A stretch of DNA of 64,000 bases from Catajapyx aquilonaris. Taxonomy: Eukaryota. The stretch's first letter is position 1. Each line of letters opens with the position of its first letter. The notes beneath the pieces are model-generated. The model had not been told where the DNA came from, made no database searches, and worked only from the letters and a program-made list of their open reading frames with translations. Below are positions 41,278 through 52,300 of this stretch, piece by piece. The stretch is from NCBI GenBank assembly GCA_000934665.2, contig KZ538034.1:62001-126000 (forward strand), read 5' to 3'. The position numbers were made by a program, and so were the translations under genes.

Positions 41278-43268
41278 ATGGCTCCATCACAAATGGTAGC
41301 ATCCGATCCAGTCTGTAATGGCGTAACAATTCTTCAATCACGTGATGGGAAAACCCAAAATATTTTTGAATAAAAAATTACATCATCTTGTAATTCCATT
41401 GCTTACAAATTAATAATGTGCAGTGAATTTATTTCCAAATTACTGACATGTAATTCACATGTGAAGTTTCTGATGTTGTGATTCCCAATGGATTAACAAT
41501 ACAGTAACCTGCTTTGCATGAGGTGTCCGTGTAATTTGAAATAGAATTTCTGCACAGTACTGTTGTCTTATTGCAGTAATTTAATGCTACCTTCTGTAAT
41601 ATCTGTGTATTGTACTGTTCTAAATAACCTTTTTTTTTCACATTCCAGATTGAGATACTGAATGCAAAGGGTGGCAAGACCATCACGACTGTGAAAAATG
41701 TGAGTTAACTGGACCAACTGGTTGCAGGACAATTGCTACTTTTCTTTGTTAATGCATTCCAGTTGTCTCCATCATCGACAATCAGAGAGCTGAAGCGTGA
41801 GGTATGCCGGACCAAGATGTACAAGGAAGGGAGGGTGGAGCTGCGATCAGAGGCCAGGGGGAAGTCGCTGAAGGAATCAGAGAGCCTTCAGGCTCTGGGT
41901 TTCAAGAGTGGCACCCGACTCTTCTTGAAAGATCTGGGCCCGCAGATCGGGTGGAAGACAGTCTTTTTGCTGGAGTATGCTGGACCACTGATCATCTACC
42001 TCTGGATATATCAGCGACCTTGGATCTTCTATGGGGAAGGAGCTGCCAGCAAGCCTAGAGAGAGAGCAGTCAAGTGAGTTGAATTTCTTTGCACGTCTTG
42101 CCGCATCAGGATGCTTAGAATCACTGATGGGGAAATTTCCTCTTGATCATTATTGTGTTTTGGGGCCACTGTGGAAGCAGATTATAGGATGGCCCTGTTT
42201 TCACATATGTTTCTTCTTACTTCATGACGAATTACATTGCCCTGCAAAGTTGTTCACAGCCTTGAAAGTATTCATAGCATTTTCTCTCTCCCTCAAGCTT
42301 GCTGGATGATGTTTTTGGTACACTGTGCATTAATTTTTGCAAAATTAGGCTTCAGATGCCTGCAGAATGTCTGGACCAAAGATGTTGTAATGTAGCTACT
42401 ACAAGGGGCTTTCTGAAAGATAATGTGTGCCCATCTGCCAACCTGTATTTGAGGCAAAAAAAATAAAGTGTCAAGACTTTCCGAACGCCCCTCGTAATAT
42501 TAAAAGTCATCATTGCCACTGTGAACATCAGTTTCAATCTCTGGTTGAAGCAGTAACATGTGATGATTTTGATCAGTTGGATCGTGATAGCTTGTAGTTA
42601 CTGACCTGACCCATTCATACTTTAACCGTTTATTCCTTTTTCAGCTACGCTGTCATATTGTGGAGCATCCATTACATAAAACGCATCTTGGAGACACTGT
42701 TTGTCCATCGCTTCTCCCATTCAACCATGCCCCTGCGCAACTTGTTCAAGAACTGCGCCTACTACTGGCTGTTCGCTGCATATGTGGCCTACCATGTAAA
42801 CCACCCGTTGTTCACCCCTGCACCACACAAGCGGATTGAAGAGTTCTTCATGTTCGGAATGGGCTTTTGCGAAGTGGGCAACCTGAGCATCCACTTCCTT
42901 CTGAGGGACTTGCGCCCGCCTGGCACCAAGCAGCGCAGGGTGCCATATCCCAACTCCAACCCATGGACATTCCTCTTCAACTTCGTGTCGTGTCCCAACT
43001 ACACCTACGAGTTTGTCTGCTGGCTTGCCTTTTCCCTCATGACATTCTGCTTGCCTGGTATGTACAGTCTTTTCGCATGTTATTGCTTTATGAAGACATG
43101 GCATACTGAAGATATTCTAATTTGTGGTTTTCTTCTTCAGCATTCATATTTGCCTTGGCTGGCCTGTATCAGATGTCCGTTTGGGCTCTGGCCAAGCACA
43201 GTAACTATCTGCGTGAGTTCAACACTTACCCAAGAGACCGCAAGGCCATCGTACCCTTCCTCCTGTGA
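41278..43268 (+). CDS. TECR: Very-long-chain enoyl-CoA reductase (trans-2,3-enoyl-CoA reductase, Sc2-like), about 306 aa
   Basis: Exons 41649-41699 (IEILNAK), 41763-42073 (KDLGPQIGWKTVFLLEYAGPL), 42645-43057 (HYIKRILETLFVHRFSHSTMP...KNCAYYW...VSCPNYTYE), 43141-43268 (QMSVWALAKH...YPRDRKAIVPFLL*). The first coding exon 41278-41295 (MAPSQM) is tentative. Confidence 0.93.
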
Positions 43269-43691
43269 GAAGTTTCGTGCTTCACAAACACATGCACTCT
43301 CTACATTCCACTCTGGTTTTTATAGGGCTTTATAATAGGACCAGTTTTAGGAGGGATTTTTTTTGTGGGGGGGGGAAAGTAATGTGCTCTGAGAGCATGT
43401 TGATAAAATAGAAGTGCAAATGCAGTAATGCAGAGGAAATTAAGATGTCTAGTAGCAATATTATTATATTCACGTGTAATGGTTGTGCTGTTAAATCGAA
43501 GAAATATGCCTTTTTCTCTCTCCTTTTTCCACAAGACATAATAACGTAAGTGTAAAAGTTGTATCTGTGTTTTTATATATATACGTGCTTCTCATCCCAC
43601 CTTCCCCACAACACTTTTGGTAAGTGCAACAAAAGGAAGTGGAATAAAACAGATTAAATATAAACAATGGTTGTGGCATTCTGTTGGCAGG

Positions 43692-46600
43692 TTACTTCGG
43701 TGGGATCTCAGGCATTTTGGGCACAAGGGTTCGAATTCTGGGGGCACTCCCCATGGAGGCTACCGCGGAAGCAGACCCGCTTCTGGATCCGCTTCTTGAC
43801 ATGCTACGGGACTTTCTGCCGCGGCGCCTTCTAGAGAAGGACCTGGACCTGGAGACCTTGGGGATTAGGGCCGTCTCAGCATTCGGGTCTTTCATCAGCC
43901 CAGGAGGCAGCTCCTTGGAGAGGGTGTGTCCTTTCTCCAAAGCGGCCTGCAGCTGCTGGGTGAGTGCATCGATCCAGATCTTCTGCTGGTTGATGACATG
44001 CTCACAGTCAAGAATCTTCCGATTGTGCAAGAGGGTCGTCAGCTTCTTGTCCTGGGTGATGAGACTGAGCTTCCTCTTGGCGTCATTGGCGCTCATGTAA
44101 CGGGTGCCCAGCCCCAAGGCGGTCTGCAAGTTGTCCAGGGTGTCCCTTGCCACCTTGAGCTCCTTGCGCAAATTGTTAATCTCGGTCAGCAGCTGCATGT
44201 TCTCTTGGCGCACTCGGGCGTTCTCCATGCGGTTGAGCGTCACCTCCTTTTTCAGGCGGCGCTGGATCGAGTGGAGGGTGCTCTCCAGGTGGTGCTTGTG
44301 CTTTTGGAGCTCCACCAAGACGTTGGTGTCCAGCTTAACTATGCCACCAATGTCCTCCCCTCGACCGTACTGCTGGTAGAGGCTGTTGATTTCTGCCTTG
44401 AAGCGTCGCGGGTCTTTCACGAACTCCAAAGAGGCGTAGATTCCAGACTTGATTCGATTCAGTTGGATCATTTGGTCCCGCCGACAGTCCCTCTCCTGGC
44501 GCAGGTCCTTGTCTGCCGCCTTCAGCTTGCGTCGCAGCTCCGTCAGCTGCAGCTCCAGGGACACCTTGAGCTTGTGGTAGGTCTCCAGCTCATGCTCCAT
44601 CCCTGCTATCTGGTCCGCCTTCTCCTGGATTTCCTCTTCCTTAGGCTCAATCTGCTCTTTCAGCTCTTTTATCTGGTAGTCCAACACAAACTTGAACTTC
44701 TCCAACTCTTGGTTCTTACGCTTCAGATCAGAAATGCGCTTCTCCTGCACGTGCGCAAAGGAAAGTCAATTAGTACTTTGCGCCAAAGACATTCATTTCA
44801 GTGCACCACCGTACTGACCTTGTCCTCAATGGTCTCATCCCTCTCGATTACTTCCTTCTTGAGTCCCACGATGTCCTTCTCCAGAGCACTGATCACCACC
44901 TGCAAGCTGCGGTGCTCGTCCTGCAGCCGCTGGATCTCGTTTCTATAGTCATCCACTTCACGCTGCAGGCTGGAATGAAATTGATTGCAAGCATGTAAGT
45001 CCCAGTGTCCTATTGTTCGCATTGTTTGTCCCAAATCTGATGCGACTATTCAACCCTTCGAACAAAATCTAACTCCTGAAACCTGCTTCTCTCTTTCCAT
45101 GTCCTAATAAGTTGTAACAAGTTATAAACGCTGGGGCTTGCACCCTGTGACTCACTTCATGAACTTCTTCCTCAGGACTCCGGCCTCTCCCCTGAGCTTG
45201 ACGCTGATCTCCTTCTCCGTGCGCAACTTCCTCTCGTTCCTGGTCCTGAGCTCCAGGATCTCCCTGTCGGCGTCCTCTTCAATCATGGTCTTCATGATCT
45301 CGTGCTCCTGCAGCATCTGCTGGCACTCCCCCTGCAGCTGCAGGTATTCCTTATTCTTATCCTTGAGCTTCCCCTCGAAAAACTCCGTGACCTCTGCCAG
45401 GGCAGCCTCCTTGTCCCCCTTCCGGCTCTCCAGCTTCTCCTCGTATTCCAGCATCATCTTACGGCACTTCTCCTCGAGCGCCTGGAACTTGTCGTACTCC
45501 ACAATGAGCTTATTGTTGTAGTTGGTCTCCATCTCATCTCGGGACTTCTCGTTATTCTCCTTGATATTGCGGATCAGCTCGTTGAGGCGTGACACCTGAG
45601 GAAATTGTCACAAAGCGTCAAACGAGTGTCAATAATATTGAAGAAGTAGCAAGAACAAACCATTTTTTTAAAAATCATTAATCCAATTTTAATTGTAACT
45701 GTGTTTATGAGCTTGGTTAATTGCTAGCACTTTAGTTGGGATGTGCTTCAGCTGGATTAAGGCAATTCTTCCAACAATCTGCTCACCTCATTCTCCCTGT
45801 CCTCCCGAAGCTGCCTCAGCCGATTGGTCAGTCCGTCAATCTCATTGCTGAACCGGGTGCTCACGTCCTTGATTTTGTCAGCGTAGTTCATGTCCTTTAG
45901 GCGCAGCTGGTAAGTGGCCTCCATCCTGAGCTCATCTACCCTTTGCTTCAGCTCGTTAATAGTGCCGATCTTCTCCTCCAAGTCTGCCTTGGTGACAAGG
46001 ACCTCAGAGGCGTACGTGAAATCCTTGTCCGTCACCTTCGTGACGCGTCCTTCATCGTCCACAAGCCTCCACACACAAGCCGTCCCATCCTCTGCAACTG
46101 ACATCAGATACTGTTCATCCACCGACAGCTTCAATTTGCTAAGGCGCCCTCGTTGCGTCTGGAAGTCCTCCCAGTCCCCTGGGACCGTCAGAGGAAACTT
46201 AAGGGCACGCACCACCCCGTTAGAGGAGCCACCAAACAGCATGCGTCCAGAACGGCTCATGATGATACTGCAGATTAGCGTCCCCTGGCAATCCAGCTCA
46301 CGTATGATCTGCGACTCTGACATTTCCCTGAGTCTGGCGTCCGTGCCAAGCACTACTGCCGTCCGGGCATCCGGTGAGAGGCACACTCCAGTGAATCCGC
46401 AGGTCTTCACCACAAACTCCCCAGCTCTCTGCCCTGTTCCAACCTCCCAGTCGTAGATGGCCCCATCCGCCCCGCACGATATAAGGTGCGTGTCGTCCAG
46501 CGACCAGATCAGACCCCTCACCTTTCCACTGTGGCCCTTGTAGGTAGCAACAGTGTCAAAGGTAATGGTGGAGTAGATCTGGATCATGTTGCCGTGGACC

Positions 46601-48429
46601 GCTGCCAGCAGGCTCCCCCCACTGCTGAAGAGACACTCTTTGCAGGCGCGGATGCCCAGTTCCTTAAACGTCCGGATGTCATCAATCAGAATGTTCATCA
46701 TGCGCAGCTTGTCCGAGAAGCCCGCTGCCAGGAACAAGCCAGATGGATGGAGCGTCACACTGTACACTTCCTCCTGGAAATAACGTAAACGACACCTACA
46801 TTAGATTTTAAGCTAACTGTACCATGTAAGCAGCCTGTGTAAATGCTGTCAAACTGCATGATGAGATATTGGATTGCTGAGTTTGTCAGCATGGAAGGCT
46901 CACCTGAAAGCTCTTGAGAATTTCTAAAGAGAGGTTTTCATAGTTCCAGACACGCAAGAACTTGTCTTCTCCGCAGGTGACCATGAGTGGCTTCCTGACG
47001 CACACGTCCATGTCGGTAATGGGGCCTGTGTGGAAGGAGTAGCTGAGGAGCTCAAACATCTGCAGGGTGCTCTTGCTGAACTCCGTGGAGGTGAGTTGGG
47101 CGCTGTAAATTTGCCCCCTGCTGGAGGTGGCCACCAGTGTCTCGTTCGCTGGGCTAATGGTCATGCAGTTGAGGACCTCAGCAGGCTCGGTGTCCAGGCG
47201 AGCAGGGTCGTGAGGGAGAAAGATGCAGCGCACCTGCCTGTAGGGCTCCTGTGGGTCATCCTGCCTCTCAAACACCACGGCCGCGTTGGGGCCAAAGGCG
47301 CACACAAATCCCCTGGTAAAGGCCAAGATCATCCACACGTCCACCTCCTTTGCAGGCCGATCAGTTGCAGGTGTTCCCAGTGCAGGGCCTGATGGCACAG
47401 TCCCCATGTCCTCTCCTGAGCCGTTTGTCAGTGACCCCTGACGATCCTCATGCTTTGTACTGAAAGAGGATCGGTTGGTAAAGATTTATAATAATATTTA
47501 TAATAAGTTACTTACCTCTCCTCATTGAACAGGCCAGGCTCGATGACCTTGATCTCCGACTTCCACTCCCCATTTTCAAAGATAACGACTCTTCCGAAGT
47601 TGGTCCCGACAAGCACCCTGTCCGCCGAAGCAAAAGCGACGCTGTGGAAGACATAGAACTCTCCCTTGATGAACCCAAACTGCTTGAAGGTCCCCTCTGT
47701 GTAGCGCATCATCTTAAAGACATTCTTCCCCACCACGCACACATTGTTGTGATCCGCCGGGTTGATAGCCACCTAGTCAAATGATGGTCCGTCATTTAAA
47801 AATATTTCATCAAATGTAAATTGCTACAGACAGAGTAAAAAGCATGTAAATTTCTACATACATAGCAAAAAGCATGTAAATTGCTACACACTGAGTAAAA
47901 ATCATGGCGTGGATCCAATATCCTCTAAAAATGTTATGTATCTGACCTGGTATATGGGGCATGCGCTCATGGGAGGAGAGGTGCGGTAGGTCATGACAGT
48001 CCGTCCCTTCTCCCACTTGAAGAGAACCAGGTTCCAGTCTGGAGAGGAGCCCTGCGCAATGAGGACCTTTGAATCTGAGGAGAAGGCCATGGAGATGTAC
48101 TCGTTTGTGTGCTGCTCCATGGAGCACATGAGGAGCCTACGACGCTTCTGCATTGGCACGTCAAACACGCTGATGACCGGCTTGGAACCGTTCTCCCCGG
48201 TTTCAGCCACCGCAAGGATCTTCCGGTTTGGACTCATGGCCGAGGTGGTAATCTTTGTCTTCTCCACAAACGGCAGAAACTGCTGCGTCCTCTGGTCCAT
48301 GTCGTACAGCACCATTGTGGTGCCCACAGGGTACGTAACCGTGTGCTCATTGCAGAAGTGAATGTTAACCCGAACATCCCTCCGCAAGCCATAAATATGG
48401 CGCGGCTCTGCGAAGGTCAGGCTCGACAT
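43692..48429 (-). CDS. CFAP57: Cilia- and flagella-associated protein 57 (WD40 repeats plus C-terminal coiled coil), about 1308 aa
   Basis: Seven phase-consistent exons: 48429-47947, 47772-47516, 47459-46904, 46773-45787, 45595-45156, 44969-44819, 44744-43692. Motifs PRHIYGLR, FHTGPITDMDVCVRKPLMVTCGEDK, LHPSGLFLAAGFSDKLRMMNILIDD, ERDETIEDK|EKRISDLKRKNQELEKFKFVLDY. Probable 5'UTR intron at 48519-48451. Confidence 0.95.
47812..47904. repeat. Three 30-bp tandem units in CFAP57 coding intron 1
   Basis: atgtaaatt(g/t)ctaca..c..ag.aaaaa.c repeated three times. Confidence 0.8.
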
Positions 48430-48519
48430 GTTGATTTTTTATCTATAGATCTGGAACGCATCATTTTAGTTGCAGTTTCAAATTAACATAACACTGAATG
48501 ACCCTTTGGGCTAACTCAC

Positions 48520-48950
48520 CCTGCTTAGCTGATGACTAACATTGGTCAAGGTCGCATTTTCTGGTCCACCAGAAGTCAATCCGGCTGATGACAACGCAAC
48601 GATCAAACAAGCCGCCATTTGAAGTCAACAAACCAGGGTTGCCAGGTGCACTGGTTAACTCTCCAGCGCTCTAATTATTAAGCGGACGACACGCTCTTAA
48701 TTATAAAATAATATTAATAGTTGTGACCGCGGTTGTGACATTAAAGTATTGGAACACGCAATGCAGAACATGCGCCATCCCTTGATTAAAGATGGCGGCC
48801 GGCAGCGGGTAACGGGCGAGGGGGCCGGTTGGAAGGACACATCTCCTGCGACACACCCGAAGTCGCCCGCACGCCCCGGGCCAACCAGACAGCACCGTGG
48901 AACATCTGGCCTTTCAACGGACGCAGTACCGACACAGCCTGACCGACGGG
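48520..48950. promoter_or_regulatory. Probable bidirectional promoter and first non-coding exons of CFAP57 and KAT14
   Basis: Head-to-head genes; outward-facing splice donors at 48519 (-) and 48951 (+); outward-facing YY1/Pho-like ATGGCGGC motifs at 48620-48611 (-) and 48789-48799 (+). Confidence 0.55.
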
Positions 48951-49008
48951 GTGAGCACAGAACTGCCGGACATGTTTCATCCCAACGGAACATGTTGACA
49001 TGCAGTCG

Positions 49009-49302
49009 GATTGGCAACACTTTGCCATTGGAACAATGCATGGGTTGGCAACACTTTGCTGGTGCAATAATGCATGGGTTGGCAACACTTTGCTGGTGCA
49101 ACAATGCATGGGTTGGCAACACTTTGCCGGAGGAACAAGGGTTGGCAACACTTTGCCAGTGGAACAATGCATGGGTTGGAAACACTTTGCCGGAGGAACA
49201 ATGCATGGGTTGGAAACACTTTGCCAGTGGAACAAGGGTTGGCAACACTTTGCCGGTGCAACAATGCATGGGTTGGCAACACTTTTCCGGTGCAACAATG
49301 CA
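49009..49302. repeat. Minisatellite, 9 units of 34/29 bp (ggttggcaacactttgccrgtggaacaatgcatg)
   Basis: Units 34,34,34,29,34,34,29,34 and about 32 bp; lies inside the probable KAT14 intron 1 (gtgagc donor at 48951, cttttcctttccag acceptor at 49344). Confidence 0.95.
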
Positions 49303-49360
49303 AATTGAAGAGGATCTGTTGCTTAAACGGCTTTTCCTTTCCAGTGAGAGCGTTGCTGTG

Positions 49361-52300
49361 ATGTTGGGCAAGAGGATGTGCGTGCCCATATGCATGGTGT
49401 GCCACCGCCACCATGCGCACCTCTTCACGTACCTGGAGTGTAAGAAGTGCTTTGGACATGTGTACCTGGATTGCCTGGAGAGTGGGCCGCCTGGAGGTCT
49501 CCATGGGGACAACTTCTACCGATACGTGTGCAACAGGTGCGGACAAGGGGGAAAGCCAAGCTTCACCCGGAAGCGGATGGAGTGGCTCAGCGTCGTTCTT
49601 CTGGCCATGTACAATCTACACCTCACTAGCGACAGTCAGGATGGCTTTTTCCACTGGAGGCTCCACGTCTGTAATTTTATCCTGACTAACTGGGACCACA
49701 TTTTCCCTGGGACCAACCCGTGAGTAGTTCGCCAGGGGAAGAAATTAAAATGTCTGGCTTATAGGCCCATTTGCTAATCCAACGGTAAATTAAGAACCTT
49801 CCTGCAAAAACTTGTTTGAAATTCATCCCTGCTTGTTTTAGGTATCTGAATCGAGAAAATAACAGGTTAATTAGTGGCCAAAGGAATTTCATGTGAACTA
49901 TTGCACACTATAGAACAGTGTTTCTCAACCTTTTTACCCTTGCAGAACCTCCGAAATAATATTCATGTCTCAGGGAACCCCTACGTAAAATTAATGTATT
50001 ATTGACTTATCAATTAATGACTGAAAAATACATTTGCATACTATTAGACTACTCATCACTATTTCTCGCGGAACCCAGGTTGAGATACGCTGCTCTAGAA
50101 GAATTTGCAACATTGTCGACTACGTAAGTTCTGTGAGAGGCAAGAAGGCCGAGTGTCGTCTGCTTTCCTGAGCGTCTAGCCAAACATGAGTTAGGGCCGG
50201 TTTCACCGAGCTCGGTATATGATAAAACCAAGGTTCTTTCTGAAAATCCCTACATATTTGTATGGATTTTCCTAAAGAAACCTGGTTTTATCATATACAG
50301 AGCTCGGTGTAACCGGCCCTTAGTCTATTTTCTTGGCATTTTCCTTTTTAAATGCTACACAGAAACCTACTTTGTAGGAGAAAACTTGTTTTGCGCTCTG
50401 TGCACACCATGAATGCTGCCTGTCTGATAGAAGATTCCTTCATGTGCCTGATGTTAATGATTGACTTTTAGGCACACGGTCAGAAGCAACTGGAGAGGAG
50501 CAGTCTCAAAGGAACTCTCTCAGCACAGTTCAAGTCTGTTTGTGTCTGGAGTGGATGAAATTGGTCAGAGCGGGTGGTGGAAGCTGAAGACGGTGGCTCC
50601 TCCAGCTGAGCTCATGAACAAAAACAAACCGACCTGTGTTAGTACCAGATGCGACGAGACCTCCCTGTCACCAGCCAAGAAGCCAAAGCCAGATCAGCAT
50701 TCTGTTATGGCCATGATGCCAGATGCAGCAGAGGTCGAGCCACCATCTGAGGTGGTTGAGATGGTGCAAGTGAAGGAAGACCCAACCATGGAAGTTGAGT
50801 ACGTATATGTTGGCGATGAACAGCTGGTGAGTCTTCCGGATGGCAGCACTGCCCCGATTGTGATTGACAGTGTGTGGGGTGACGGAGGTATTCCTCAGGA
50901 AGGCATAGAACTGGAGATTGTGTCTGAAGACATGGAATCAGTGCCAGAATTACAGGAAAGTGTGGAGGGCATTCAAGTAGTTCAGGAGGATGGACAGGTA
51001 GCAGTTTTACAAAACATTCCTCAGTCACTTCCATTGCAAACTGATAGTCCCCGAGTGCTCCAAACTCAAACTGTGCCCCCCACAGAGGTGAACCTTCCAA
51101 CATCAAAGATAGTGAAACGCGAAGCGGAAAGTCCTCAGAAACTCGGCTCTCAGGCAGTCAAACTGAAGCAAGAAGAGCCACGAACTACACAGCCTGTTGT
51201 GGCCATCCAAACAGCGGCACCTCATAATGCAGTCAGTCCTCAAGTGGTAGCTTCACAAGTTATCACTCCTGCAGCAGGTCCGCAGAATGTTCTCCATAAC
51301 GTTAATACTCCCAGTGTGAATGGCAGTACACAAAACTTGGTCTTGAACACTGGGCCCGTAAATGTTAACCAAGTGAATTCTCAATCAGCGGCTTTTCATG
51401 TAGTGAACCAGCAATCTCTAAGCCAGCAGTTAGCACCTGGAATATATCAGATCATGATTCCAGTCAACAATGTTGAGAAATATGGGCTGCAGCAATGCAT
51501 CTCTCAGATTGGTCTTCCAGGGTTGAATCTCCAGGTAAGTTCTCAAGCGCAGCAGCAAAACATGGGACTGAGGCTGGTTGGCCTCCAGGGTATGGCCTCG
51601 ACCAGTGATGGCCAACGCAACAAGCCTGCGACAAGCAATGTCACAAATAGCGGAGGTGTGCCATTGGTGTCCCCGCGGGTAAATTCCAAATTGGTTCCAA
51701 TTAAGCCGAAATTGGAACCGATTATGCTCACATTGGATCCGATTAGGCCCAGACTGGATCCCGTTAAGCCCAAATTGGATCCTAATGTGGTCAAGTCCTA
51801 CAGTGGCCCACGAGCTCCATCCCAGGTGAGCCTTCTGAAGCCCACTGCTTCCCCAGGAGTCAGGCCAACAAGTGATATGAACATTGTGAAGTCTTCCCCG
51901 GGAGTTGTGCAAAAAGGTGACGTTTACATAGTGACTTCTCGGGGACTCAGACCTAAAGGTGATGTTGTCAAGCCGTCTTCATCAGGCAGCCTAAACTGCG
52001 GTGTAAGCATTCTGAAGTCGTCTGTTTCCCAAGCAACTGGGCCAAAAAGTATTCTAAAAAGGGCAGCCTCGAGTCCTATACAGGCACAAGAAAAATTTGC
52101 TAAATTGCAAGTGTGCCCGGTGAAATCCAACAGCGTAGATGCTGGGGGAGTGAAAGTGGTGGAAACTCAGAAGACGGCCAGACCAAATGTCACTGGGGTT
52201 AAATCGCAAAGCACAGTCACCCAGCCGATTCGCAAGGTCAGGTTTAAAAAAGGAAAAGCACAAACGAGAGCTTCTCATGTCTTGGATGCCAAACCAAGCA

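Noticed and set aside
43926..44948. 340-aa plus-strand ORF
   Set aside because: Antisense shadow of the codon-biased CFAP57 coiled-coil exons; Leu-rich with no recognisable motif.
49009..49302. CRISPR-like appearance of the 34-bp array
   Set aside because: Units abut with no unique spacers, there are no cas genes, and the context is eukaryotic; it is a minisatellite.
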